A stretch of DNA of 54,770 bases, the filler included, from Basidioascus undulatus (Eukaryota): NCBI GenBank assembly GCA_000826855.1. It is 4 parts of 4 records of this genome, joined end to end, with 100 filler letters (N's around TTAATTAATTAA, not from the genome) between each part and the next. Parts side by side here need not be neighbours in the genome. Positions count along the whole stretch, not along the records: positions 27,463 to 41,067 come from JTLS01000800.1; positions 41,168 to 54,770 come from JTLS01000801.1; 2 more parts are not named here. One strand, given 5' to 3'. The notes beneath the pieces are model-generated. The model worked only from the letters and a program-made list of their open reading frames with translations. It did no database searches and had not been told where the DNA came from. This document shows, piece after piece, positions 39,005 to 51,460 of this stretch. Position 1 is the stretch's first letter. Every line of letters starts with the position of its first letter. The position numbers and the translations under genes were made by a program.

Positions 39005-40119
39005 ATGGAGAGAATTCCGTTCACCAGACCCTACAGATTCATTGATGGCGTAGCTCAACCCGACAACGACTTCGAATCGATCTCGGGCGAGTCCCAAGCC
39101 AGCGCCCAGTCCTCCGAGAGCTCCGACGACAACGCCCCGAACCCCGCCACCATACGGAAGCTGTGGGCTTCAGAGGCATGCCTCATCAAGAACATCAAGC
39201 TCCTTACGAACCTCTTTGCCCATGTCAACGACAATTCGGCGAAGACCAAACAGCGAGACACTGTTGTACGTCAGAACGATGTGCTCTTCAACCAGTGCTT
39301 TGTTGAGCCGCACGCTGAATAGTCTCAACAGGTTCGTTTGCCCGGTCACTTGGTATCGTCCCCGAAGACTTCACTCTTCAACATCCATCCAACTTGTTTT
39401 GGCGCGAGTGCCAGCCATCTCCTCCCCGAGCCTGGAAGAATGATGACCTTGAACGCCTTCGCAGTATCGGCTGAGCTACACCGCCCGATCCGCCTATATC
39501 ACACCTTCGCCATCATGGTGGATAGGAGCAGCGCACTACAGATAATTGAGCTCTTGCAGGAGGATTTCGAGCGTAGAAAGCAGGGGCTGTGGAGACTCGC
39601 GTGGACCCCGGGCGGAGTTGGGAAGACCTCTCGGTATGTTTCCTTTACCTTCACCCTCACCCTGTGGGAAGGCTCTGGAAGTGTTGGTACTGTTCGGGCA
39701 GGTGATCATTGCTGCTATCCGCTACTGCGTTATCTTCCTTCGCCCGCACCACCTTTCCTCTACCCACACCCCGGTCCCACTGGACGACGCCTCGCAGACG
39801 CCCCTGTTCTTCTGGCGGTCGTCCGGGGAAGACACTTTTCGGACTGGGCCGGAGCCCGCGGGCCCTGAGCCAGCCGAATTTCCGAAGCACATCGAGTACG
39901 GCACGAGGTGGGAGGCGGACGGAGCAGCTCAACCCATATCTTGTCGTAGTCAACGCCGTGAACAAGTTCAACAGTCGGCACGCCGCTGCTTTGTCTGAAT
40001 GGACAATAGAGTTCATTAAACTTGCCCGGAAGATCGATCGGCTCATATATCGGCTGCCGTATGTCCACCGGAACGATGCACTGATGGTGCGCGTTCATAG
40101 TGTGCTTGCTGGGGTGTGA
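39005..40119 (+). pseudogene. Degenerate HNH-endonuclease-like protein (tentative)
   Basis: Intron 39266-39331 is in phase. ASHLLP...NAFAVSAELH..YHTFAI resembles the fungal HNH_2 pattern AHxxP..N..L...LH. The C-terminal LNPYLVVVNA needs a +1 shift at ~39915. Confidence 0.35.
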
Positions 40120-41067
40120 GGCTTGACCCATCCATTTTATTTGCAGAGCTTGATTTTCTCTGCTAGCCATGGACCCACCCAGGGAGATGGCTCCTGGGGA
40201 CAAGCGGGCTGCAGTCAGGCAGTCGAAGGCCGCGGCCAGACGAAGAAAGCTGGCTTGGACGTCGAAGGTGAGTACCACTTCCCGGAAAAATCGGACTAAG
40301 GATTAAAAGTTGACTTGTGGACATTTGAAGTTCACGATCCATCGGGTCCTTCACCTTTGTCCTCTGCGAACGATGGTCGTTCCGATACCGCTCATCCTAC
40401 TTGCCATCTCGACGTCCTTGCACCGCTCAGCACGCCCGTGCGACAGCACAAGGCGTCCACAGTCGAGCGTCTGACCGAGGAGAGCGGGCAAGGGAGGATC
40501 CTGAGCTAGCGGAGCGATGTTAGCACTGACGATGCATGAACTGCAATAATAATGTCATTCTGCGCCGGTGCATCTGAAGCGATTTGTAGCGACTGCCGCT
40601 ATCATAAGATTAGGTCTAGCTTGAAGGGTTAATAATTATTATAAGGATTCTCGGCTTGACACCGCTTCGCTTTACCTTCTGAAACTACTGACATGAGCAG
40701 CTGAGTCTTGACATGAACTCGGCACAGTCCGCTAATTGCCATAAAGCCCAGAGGAAGATAACCGCCCATATATACGAAGGCGAGTCCGCGGTGCCGTGTC
40801 GGGTTCTTGGGGCAACTGGCAGGCTAGAACCGCTGGGCCGGCGGGCTGCATGCGTTTCCTGTGGGTGAGTGGAGTGACTCAGGTGACGCCCTTTCCAGAG
40901 CAAACCCGAGGAAAACACGTCCGTCCAACTACTCTATTTAGTCCCCCCGTCCTTCCCCAGCTTCCCCCATGCGACACCCAAAAAGTACACCCAAGTGAGC
41001 ACCAACTACCTCCCACCCGGCAAGCCAATGTCAGCCTCCCACTCTCTGCGAACTTGATCAAAAAGAG

Positions 41068-41167
41068 NNNNNNNNNNNNNNNNNNNNNNNNNNNNNNNNN
41101 NNNNNNNNNNNTTAATTAATTAANNNNNNNNNNNNNNNNNNNNNNNNNNNNNNNNNNNNNNNNNNNN
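41068..41167. other. Assembly spacer (N44-TTAATTAATTAA-N44)
   Basis: Same linker as at 13634. Confidence 0.98.
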
Positions 41168-41216
41168 CTCCACTTCCCCTCCCCCCCTCGCCTCCTCACC
41201 CCACCCCACCCTCCAG

Positions 41217-41376
41217 CATGAACGCCCCAGTCCTCGTCCCGCTCGAGGGCGAGTCCGACCCCCTCCAAATCGCGATCAAGGAGCTCGCCGCGCGCAAGAT
41301 CCCGCTCGTCGTGCGCAGATACCTCCCCGACGGGTCGTACGAGGACTGGAGCTGCGCCGAGTTGATTTGCGAGTGA
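41217..41376 (+). CDS. RPB6: RNA polymerase I/II/III common subunit RPABC2, last exon
   Basis: After a CAG acceptor: [52 protein letters not shown]. Absent from the ORF track (too short). Confidence 0.97.
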
Positions 41377-41877
41377 GGCGCGCTCATTGCGGAGTGGGGC
41401 GTGCGGTGGGGAGTGATGTGGGTGGCGGGGACCGGGTGGAAGTGGGTGGGGCGCTGGGAGGGAAAGGAGAGAGGGAGGGAGAAGAGGTGGAAGGGGTGGG
41501 AGAGGGAGGACCGTGCGGAGGGGCGCAGGGGGTGTTTATCCTGTTGCAACATACTTTCTTTCTGTGCACCGTGCGCCGGAACGCGTATGGCAGGAAGTGG
41601 ATGCACTGCGAGCCTCACAAACTGCAAGAGCTCGTTAACCAGGCCGCTTTGCAGCGTCTGGCAAAGCTGTCTGCGAGACTCAGGCACGTGAATGTTTTCT
41701 TTCTATTTCACGTTTGTATCCACACGAGTTCAAACTACTATAGACTGCGCGGTATCAGCCCTGGCCCGCCTAGGGCGATTGTCACGCAACGGCGCAGCTT
41801 GATAATGAACTTACTGCGCTGCGCCTTCCGCCTGCCGACCTTCTTCCCCTCCAACCCTCACCTCCTCACTCACAAGC

Positions 41878-42651
41878 ATGACCTCCCCCTACCCTCTTCC
41901 TCCAACTTCCTCGCCTATCTCTCCCCCCTCAGTCCAAGCCCTGCTCACGCTAATCGGTACCCAAACACAAGCGCTCCTCTTCCCCCTGCACGCGGGCATC
42001 GCCCAACTCTCCTCCGACCTCGCTTCCTCCCGCGCAGACTACTCGCGGCTGGCCCTCTAGTGCTCGACGCTCAGGTCTCTCGCGCTGGAGACTGCGAAGG
42101 CCGCGGAAGCTGAGAGAAACCGGATGAGGGAACAGTTTGAGGACGCGCTTGCGACTGCGAAGTCCGAGGCGGTACGCTGTGTGCAGCTGAGGGGGCGGGT
42201 CGCGCAGCTTGAGCGGGCGCTGGAGGACGCAATAGGGAGGTAGAAGAGGCATGTGGATGCGTGGAGGGCTGTGGGGCCGGTGAGTGCGTCGCTCGGGGGA
42301 GGAGACGCTGAGCAAGGCGGTTCAGCTCCTGCTGGCGAGCCTTCTCTCTTCCCGAGGCGGGCCGAGGGCGTCTTGCCCAGCCCTCGAGCAAGCCCGACTG
42401 CTTCTACGTCCGCCCTTTTCGAGCACCTCTCGAGCAGGCTTCCGCCACATCGACGTTTCACGCCCTCGCGGGCGCTTTCATTTACCACCACGCTGCGCTC
42501 TCGCTTTCGATCAAGCACTGCGAGGTACTCGAGCGCCTGTTATGCCAGCACCGTCCAAACTCTTCTATCGAACCTGCTCAACTCGGAGCCCTCGACCAAT
42601 GTGCCATCTTCTGTCGCGTCCTTGCGGCCCTGGCAGCAAGCGACAGCGTGA
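41878..42651 (+). pseudogene. Coiled-coil protein of unknown function, copy 1, premature stops
   Basis: LHAGIAQLSSDLASSRADYSRLAL*CSTLRSLALETAKAAEAERNRMREQFEDALA; in-frame TAG at 42058 and 42241. Confidence 0.65.
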
Positions 42652-43399
42652 GTCGTTAGTTACTATTTAGTTACTATCCGGGACTGTCTGTCGAGTACGA
42701 CAGGACACTGATGGGACTTCCCCATTCCCTCAAAGCTCGACCCAAAAACTCGAATCGCCCTGCTCCAAAGCCGCACAGCCTTCCTGCAAGTGCGCATGCG
42801 TTCGAGCTCTGGCGGGCGGAGGGGGAGGTGCAGGCTGCACTGTGCGCGGCGCTGGATGGTATCAAGGCGAACCCAGATGGACATGCCTTCCAGGCTGATG
42901 GATCTTCTTGAGATGGGGTGAATGGGGGAGGAGGAGCGGTTGGGGAAGAGGCCCAAGACTGGGGGGGGGAGGCTGACTTTCACTGCCGCCCAGAAAGGAT
43001 GCGCGAGGCATGGTGTTGTTTTGGTACTGCGTTTTATCTGCTTGGAATATTTGCATGTTTGTAATGTTTTCAATGATGTCTGATAGCCGTCTGCCTCTTA
43101 AGTGCATGAATTTCGGCGAACGATACTTGCAGTGCGCGCAGTGGAATCGACAGGCAGCCAAACAGTCCAACCGCCTTCCCGACCGCGTTCCAGGATATAT
43201 GTCCGTCTGAGAGCCAGACTTACACTCCTTCAATTCGAATAAGTCGATCATCACCACCTTCCCCCGCCTGGTGCGCCGGAGAGGGTGCCTGACGAGCTAG
43301 GCCTTCTGCTTAATTTACCGGCCGGGGTGGGGAGGTATCGTTTGTCCTTTGAATGAGCCGTCTTGGGGTTCTAGTAGATCCAACGTTGCATTGCGAAGG

Positions 43400-46360
43400 C
43401 GGAAGATGACAAAGCTTGGGGTAGACGCAGAACGCAAGACTACCGCTCTGCTGCTTAGCGAACGGTCGTCTCCGGATTGCATTTTCTGCGAGACAAACTG
43501 GGCCAGCAATCCTTCAGGTTCCGATAAAAGCATTTGACTTCCTGATTCACGGGGACCTGATCTTAGTCCATCTTGCGATCGGCCACGCACACATCAAATT
43601 CTGCACAGCGCAATACAATTACCCATCGCATATCTACGGCTTTTGCCCGAACAAGCTGTGTATCCCCGCGCAGCAGCGCCACCGCCAGATCCTGCTTCAT
43701 ATCCACAGAGAGACGCTCCCACAAGTCGCTCCTGGTACGAGCGGAGTCCAGCCGTTCAGCATTCGCTTGCGCAAACGCGATGCTCCATGCGAGCTTCCAG
43801 CCTTGTGCCTCCCACCCGTGCACTGAGAGCCATGCAACGGGATCCTGCCAATGGTAGCACGGGATAAGCTAGCTGTTAGCAATCAAAATTCATGGTTGTT
43901 TGGTAAATGCAACGCCGAAGCCCCGGAAGAAACCACGCCGAAGATATTTGCGGGGGTTTCCTTGTTTCTGGTGCCCAGGAGCGTAACAGTACCGGTACAA
44001 TAAGGTTAAATCTCGACAGAATGTTCAGTAGAGAGGGTACAGACCGTCTTGGTGAGTACTTTGTCTCCTGTCTACTCGCAGCTGCAATAACCGATGCGGA
44101 CACCAGCGCGCAAGACGTATTGAGCACCAGTTTGCATAGTGCTCCTCCGGAGCCAAGCTCCGTGAGAAAGACGCTGGCGGCCACTAGCTCGTCACGCTGG
44201 GCAACGTAGAGTTGATGAGTAGGCCATTCGACCGCTACCCCTCGCGCAGCAACACGGCGGACTTGGCGAAGGCGTTCGGTTTCCTGCGATATGACCACTA
44301 TGGTATTGAGTGAGTGTACTCAGAAGCAACATAAATGGAGCACAAAGATGAACCTGAGCCATAAAATGGCACCTGGGTGTACGCGACTCCAGGCTGCTTG
44401 GTCCGTCAGCCAAGGTTCGTGACAGAATCAGGGCGACTAACATTGACTAACTGAGGGTGGTGTTTCACGTTGATGGTCCAATTCGGGGGACGTGCGTTTG
44501 CATTGCCTTGGGATGTCGGCTCTCCAGTCAATTTTGAGATCGAAGCGGGTGACCGCGAGGAAGCGTAGAGACACGTCCCGCTCGAGAGTGAGGACGTGCA
44601 CGGCGACAGAAGAGTCGATCGAGCGAAAATGAGCGATCGGAAGGTAAGCATGTTGTGATGGTATGAGGCTGGGGGGCTAGAGTGGGGAGTGTACAGCGTA
44701 TGATGGTGGGAAAAAGGAGAGAAGAAACAAAGGACGCGAGGGACGCGAGAGCGATCATCGCTCCGGTAGCTGTGACCTCTGATAGCTGTCCTGACAGTTG
44801 GTTGAACTTCGTCCAATCGTCCACAGTCTTCATTCCTATCGTTCGCTCGCTTTGCTCCTTTTGCTTACTCCCATAACCGTGTCAGACGTGTAGAAACTAC
44901 TTATTTGGGCTTGATAATTATCACCAAAGGCCATGCCTCATTGCTGTGAACGTCCTGCACGATGTACCGCTGGAGATTGGGGGCTACTCTGCTTGCCTGC
45001 ATCCGACCGCAGTTCGGGCGCGTACCTTGACCCAAAGACCCAGTAGAGCGGGTTTGAAGCAGACAGATAACCCATGTGCTAGGCACCTGATCCTCTGACA
45101 GTGGGCAGTTTCATGAAGTGCCGTTTGAGGCTGGCTGGACGGATAAGCAGGTGCACATACTCGCCAAATATACAGAAAACGCTGGAAGTTTAATCTCCGG
45201 TCGAAATTTCCATTGGATCTGGAAGTAGTGTTGTAAGAACACATAAGTTGGCGAGGCGTAAAGGCTGGCCTTTCGGCGTCTCCGCCAAGTTAAGATAGCC
45301 GCTTTAGGCGTACCCTGCTCCGCTTCGAAAGGACCAGCATAGTTCAAGCAGGATGAGTCAAGAGATTTCAATTTCTCCCTAGATCCACCAGATGTCGTCT
45401 CAATTCCCCTGTTCTCAGTACTACATGGAAGGCAAAGGCCGCCACAAGGTGTGCATTGCGAGACGGTCGGCAGCTTGAGGAGGCAGTACGTCATTCGGTT
45501 CGGCCTGAAGCAAGACCACAGCGATTCAAAACTTCAGAAACATTAAATTATACATTAAGGAACTGTTCGTAAGCGTCTGAAAGGACAGTCCGAGCTTCAG
45601 CCGTCTAATGCCTAGTCCAGTGATGGCGGCTGCACATCAGATCCTTTCCTACGGCCTTCCAACGAAGTATTTATACACAACGGGTGTGTTCAAATTGAAT
45701 TTTTCAGCCCAACAACCCGCGCGCTTTCGATCGTGCACTGCGATGTGCGGGAGCGCCTGCTCTCGGAGCAGCAAGGAGGTCAGCCATCGATTCTGTCCAT
45801 CTCGGAACAGTAATTGAACAGTGCGCCATCGGCCCTGGCGCGAGCAAGGTGCGTCGTCCGCTGTTTCCCCTGAATAATTCTGCCAGCGCGTACGCTACCG
45901 GGTCCTTACCAATGTTACCGCACAGGCCAGGATCGCCATCTTTCAAGGTCGAGCCGCATTGATCCAAAGCGTCGACAGCGCACACGCGCGCGAGGGCGAG
46001 GTCCAGGCCAGGCTGTGCTCAGCTTTGAACGCTATCCAGAAGGACCCCCTTTCGATGCACTTTTAAGATGGTGGATGGTCTTAGTCATGGTGACCTGGGG
46101 ATAGACTCGAGGCGATGGCTGATTTTCTCGCTGTGCGGGGCGCTGAAAGGACGGGCGTGATTCTTTCGTGTTCCATTTCATCTACCTTTGCAGCTTAAAA
46201 ACATGCAAATTGAATGGATTCTCACCTCGGAGTGATGCCTACCTCTGAGACTGGGGTCGGCAGTGAGGAGGGTCGAGAGCAAGCGAAATGTGCGAAATGC
46301 ACATAGACGTTGGGGCAGCCTGATTGGTTGGAACACACGAATGTACGGTAACTTGACTGA
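43400..46360 (-). mobile_element. Highly degenerate hAT-superfamily transposase relic
   Basis: Ordered motif remnants: AWTSPS..LWIN (~46000), ADGA (~45830), RI*CAA (~45640), RIRCLAHGL (~45085), CFYRNLKDCWPSLSR..DRSLSS (~43530-43450; hATC dimerisation-like). Many stops and frameshifts; no TIRs identified. Confidence 0.55.
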
Positions 46361-46599
46361 AATAGGAACGAATAGGAAGGTTTGTCCGGTTTCGACTAGA
46401 TCCTTCGTTGTCGTCAACGAAGATTAAGTTCGCTCGCTATGCCCCCCCGTTGGTCCATGGTCGTTCCGCAACTCTCGCTGATGCAGAATGGCGAGGAATC
46501 CCAACTCCCAGTCCCAATGCCTATGACGGGGACTCGCCAATATCCCTTTTTTCCGCACTGCGGAAGAAGCTGCTGGATGGGAGAGCGTGTGGAGACCAC

Positions 46600-47085
46600 C
46601 CGCGGACGGTAGGAGCTAGAACGTCCTGCTCGTTCGCAGACACAGCCTCCGCGCCGCCGCCGCCCAACAACACACTCACACAATCGACATCCCGCCCCAC
46701 CGCCGGGTTCCTCTCCTCCGGGTCGAAGCTTCCTCCAGGGCACCTGTTGAGCTTCGCACTGCTCGCTTCATACCCCCGCGCACTTGCTCGCCGCCTCGCG
46801 CTCAGTAGCGGCAAGCGCGTCCTTGAAACACTGCCTCATCCGTTTCCGCTCAGCCTCCGCAGACTTGGCGGCCTCAAGGCCGAGTGACCTGAACCCAGAG
46901 CAGCACTCGAGGTCGAGCCGGGTGCGGTCTGCGCTGGAGGACGCGAAGTCGGACTCGAGCTGCGCGATGCGCGAGTGCAAGGACTCGACGAGCGCACCAC
47001 GGGTCTGTTGTTCGCATACGGTGATGTTGGCCTGGACTGAGAGAATCAGGGGGATAGAATCGGTGCAGGAGCTGGGTGAAGACAT
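46600..47085 (-). pseudogene. Coiled-coil protein of unknown function, copy 2 (inverted paralog); 3' end approximate
   Basis: LHSRIAQLESDFASSSADRTRLDLECCSGFRSLGLEAAKSAEAERKRMRQCFKDALA aligns with copy 1; ALEEAS (cf. ALEDAI) follows in a shifted frame after the TGA at 46768. Confidence 0.65.
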
Positions 47086-48036
47086 GCTGGTGGGGGACCG
47101 TGGGAGGTGATGGTTTCTGGGAAGAAGGTCAGTCACCAGTGAGACCAAGCGAGACCCGGGCCGGCGCTTACGTTGAATGAGCATCCTGACTCGATCAACC
47201 AAGGGCTGAGCTACACTTTACCCTGCCCTCTTTCAGTCAAGACTGCCCTGCGAAAATACTCGCAGGTAACGCTCGCTTGTGGTTGATGTTCATTGCAAAC
47301 CGACGTTGTGACCAGTGTGAGACTGACAACGAGAAAACACGAGCAGACGACGAACTGGAGTAACGATGGGTAGGAAGTAAAATGTTTTTCCAGTAAATTC
47401 ACAAGTTATTCGTAAGCTCTAGGATTGAAAACTGCAGAAAGAGGAAGTACGAGGCTCGTCAAGTCAAGGATGGGAAGCAAGAAGCCGGCAGCGACGTTCA
47501 CGTCGCAGACAGTCCAACACCCTCCCAGATGCTACACCGTGCTATGATAAATTTCGAGCAAAAACCTGTTGCTTTTAAGCCGGTTCTGTTGCACAGAAGA
47601 AACCAGTGATATTGGATGAAGACCGACTGCGAAACGTTGATTGTTGGCGGGTGGCGATGAACTGGTATCGATGTCCGATTGGAGCCTGTACCTGTTATGC
47701 TTTCCGATTTTCGATTTTCAGACCAATAAAGTTGAGCTTCATCAGATCTCAGTGAATAGGTGGGTGTGCATGTGGCCTTTAGTTGTATAAGCATGCACAC
47801 CTAATTCAGGAGGCTGGTTCTTCTGCTTCGACAGTGCTGCGCCTGGGCGGGACATGCGAATTTTTCTCGGAAAGCCTCAAGCAGTCGGGAGAATCTTCCG
47901 GAAGACCCTCATCGCTGTGGGAATCCGCTACGGGTTGTGGGGTTCGTTATTCGCCCGTGCCCGCCTTGGATCTTGGCCTCTCGCCTTCACCGTGCTCTTG
48001 CGTCAAGATTTTTTGAAGACCAAATCTCAAACAACC

Positions 48037-49261
48037 ATGACGAAATTTTCTATCACCAACAAGCTACCTTCCGACGTTCTTCTCCTCATCTTTGCTTTTG
48101 CGATCGCTGCGCCACTGCCGACTGGACCGTTCAGGCGACACAGCAATAGCCAAGAGCGTCTCGAGGCTGGAAAGACCAAAGTATCCTTGCTCATTGTTTG
48201 CAAGTATTAGAAGGTGGGTATTGCCTCCTTATGGTTGCCGGCACTCCATCAACAGCCTTGACCTGCCGACGATGGGCAAATGCTCGCTACTCCCATACGC
48301 TATCGGCACATCTCTCTCAAGTCGCCGGCTCAGCTTTGAGCGCTTGTCTCGCACCTGAATTCTCACTCGGAATCGCACATCTGCACCATTACCTCGGACT
48401 GGGCGGATCTTCACAGGAGAACCCTGAATCGTACCACCATGTCGAACCTCTGCACGCTCATCGAATTCTCTGATACGCTTCAATCCCTCGTGCTCGGGTG
48501 CGGAGAGTCTTTCAACCAGGAGGATCATCTTTCAGCCCTCTCAAGCGTCTCCTCGACCCTCGCCATCATGGAGGGTGTCACTCCCTCCGACAGCAGAGGG
48601 AGGTGCGACTGCGCCAACAGGTGGTACAGCGGGCGTTCAAGTCCAAGCGCCGCAGGTTAGTCATGCTGAGCTCAAGATTTTGGGGGGGATTAAGAGCTGA
48701 TCTGCATCCTATTCCCATTCCAGCACCAGACCAAGAGACTCGAGTTGGGGAGCTTCGCATGATCATCCGCAAAGCAGACTTGGCTCCGCCGCCTTCCACC
48801 ATGCTCGACCATATCTGGTACAACCTGATCTATCTCAAAGCATGCAAGAGCGCACTTCTACGATCCTCATGGAGTGCTTCCCGCCGAAGCACTCCCATGC
48901 CTCACGCATGCCTAGCCGAGACCTCAAAATTGACGATCCCGTTGACTGTCCCTCCCTACTTTTGCTCAGCCATCCTAAACTGGCCTGCATTCACCTTTCT
49001 AACAAGCCTCATTCAGGCTGGCCAAGCTGAGCCAACTCAACGCTCTCATCGCTTCCTTCCGTTCGCGAAATGGCCTCCTTGAGCTTCGCGATCCGTCTGC
49101 ACCGGTACAGCTTTGACAGCAGCATAGACTACTTTGTTCACGGGGACGACGCGCTCAGATGGCTTTCTGCAAAATATGCCCAGCTGCGAAACATTCCCAG
49201 CTGCGCAAGGCCGGCATCGCTCTTGATGACAAAAGGGAATTGCGTTCCAGATGCCGCTTGA
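48037..49261 (+). pseudogene. F-box/LRR protein, same family as 5229/11516, nonsense and frameshift lesions
   Basis: KLPSDVLLLIF...LLIVCKY*K (TAG where the paralogs have Trp); LLLSHPKL; C-terminal RKAGIALDDKRE matching GVSLVDKRG. Confidence 0.65.
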
Positions 49262-49714
49262 GCAGGCATCTGGGTTTCTGGGTGCAGGCCAGTACTGAAC
49301 CTTGCAATATACGCAACATGATTTTTTTCCTGCTCTTATGTTTGGGCCAGTCTTGATGTCCCATTTACCGATGGAGCTTCGTCCTTGCAATCGTGGGCGC
49401 AACGGCACACAACACGCGTGCGGAAGTGCATGATTTCCCATGGATTGTGTCTGCATTGTTGCAACTGGTCATTCCAAAGACCTGAACGATTTCAGGGGAC
49501 AGCGCTTGTTTAGACTTGAGAGAGTGCACTTACGAGTGTAAGTTTCATGACAAAAGGTGAAGAATATGTGAAAGGCATTCGTGTGGGTTTCGAAATAGTG
49601 AGCATGATGAGTGAGACACTCGGCAGACTCAGGTGTAGCTATCAAATCGGTTTCCTTCAAAAACAACAGCTTATCTCCAATTCTCGTAACACCGTGCCCT
49701 CCAGATTCCTCCCC

Positions 49715-51460
49715 TCATAGTACGCGGTACTTCTCCCTCCGTTCCAGTTCCCGCGCTTTTGACGAGTTCGCCCTCTCAGGCACGAACCTCTCCCGCCATA
49801 CCCGCCGTGACACATCCGCGTCCAGCAATTGCGGCTCCGTTTCCTCGCCCCCCTCCCCGTCGCGCAGCTGCCACACGCACTCCTCCGCAGGCGGGAGGGT
49901 GCGCTTGAAGTCGTGACTGTCTGTGCGCGCCCACGCGAGCACCTCGAGGGACGGGCACGCTGCAGACCAGCGGGCGGCCTCCTGGGCGGTGCGTGGCGGC
50001 GGGACAGTAGCGCGGAGGACTATGCCGAGGGCTTTGAGCTTTGGGAAGCCGGAGAAGAAGGCGGGCTTGATCTGAGGTGGGACGCAAGCGCGTTAAGAAA
50101 GGGGGTTAAAGTGCGAAGCCGAATATTAAGGACTTACTGGATGCTTAGTAGTCATCAAGCCGTCCGGCGCGCCTTCGTCGATGAGCAGGCTTTCCAGCTG
50201 CTGCCCCAGCCTCGTTCCCAAAAGCCGGAACACCTTCTCCGCCTTGTCGACCTTCATCTTCGGCCACTCGACCAGCCGCAGTGCTCGCAGCATAGGTGGG
50301 CCCAGCGATCCGGCGTCCGTCGCCGCGGCTGCGAGCAGGACCTGCTCGAGCTCGGGCATCTTGCCTTTGCATCGCACGACTAGCGTCCGCAGCGCGCGGC
50401 GATCACCGTCGTGGACGATGATCCGCGCCGCTGCCGGTGCGCCGCCCACAAAGTGGATGAGGTGTTGAAGCGCCTCGGCCGGCAGGGGTGGCGTGTCGAG
50501 CTCGTCGTATGGCTCTAGCGCCAGCGTCTCGAGGGCGGGAGCGGCGAGGTAGACGGCGGGGGATAGGGTGAGGACATGGATGAACCCTTGTTTGTGGTTG
50601 TTGCATGCGTCCAGTGTCCGCAGGGCCGGCAGACTGTTGGGCGAAAGGTGGTCTGGGTCGAAGAAGTGGCAATACTCGACGGTGGGTGAGTAATCGGTAA
50701 GGACGAGCGTGCGGAGAGTGCGCGCTGCGTCGCGCAGGATCGAACGGACGAACGATCTAGATGGCAAGACATTATCATATCAGAGCCTATAAGCGGTGAA
50801 ACGGGACGTGGGGCTCCGAGAACACTCAAATGTGACATACCGGAAGAGAGGCGTCGCGAAGAAATCGTTCGTGGCATCGTAATGGGGCAGTAGGCCAGCC
50901 TCATCGTAGCCGTACGGCGCGGCGAGCGCAAGCCTCACGAGCGACGCGAGTCCCGGATACTCGTCCTCGGGCTGCAGAAGCGGCTGAGTCTCGGGCGCGG
51001 TGCTCGTGCGCCATTGCCAGGCTTGCGGCCACCCTCGCATGTCCGGCGTGGACTGGACGGTAAGGCTGAGATCGCGCAAGCCGGCAAGGCGCCGGAGCGC
51101 AGTGAGAAGCTCGCGCGTGTCATCCACGTCGGGCCCGCGAAGGAGGAGCGTAAGCCGCTCGAGCGAGGGGAGGCGATGCTGGTTGAGGGTGGAGACGAGG
51201 GTGGGCGCTGAGCGCGCGTCGAGCGCGATGTCGAGCGAGCGGAGATGCGAAGGGATACCCTCAAGCGTAGTCGAATGCGATATGAAAGGTGAGAGCACCG
51301 AATATGTGGCTCGATTCGTCCTTCCAAGAGAGGACAGAGCGGGGAGGGGCAGGTGCGATCCTACGCCAGCGAGGATCTCAGGCGCGAGCGATGCAAGTCG
51401 TCTCTGCTGCTCGGACGTGTCCGCCGACTTGCTAGCCTGCGCCGGCGAAGTAATGCTCAT
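49715..51460 (-). CDS. F-box/LRR protein, intact; exons 51460-50841, 50756-50138, 50071-49715
   Basis: LASLAPEILAGVGSHLPLPALSSLGRTNR F-box; LRR blocks LPSLERLTL, LPALRTLD, APALETLAL, FPKLKALGI, CPSLEVL. GTATGT-TAG and GTAAGT-CAG introns join three tracked ORFs in phase. Confidence 0.8.
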
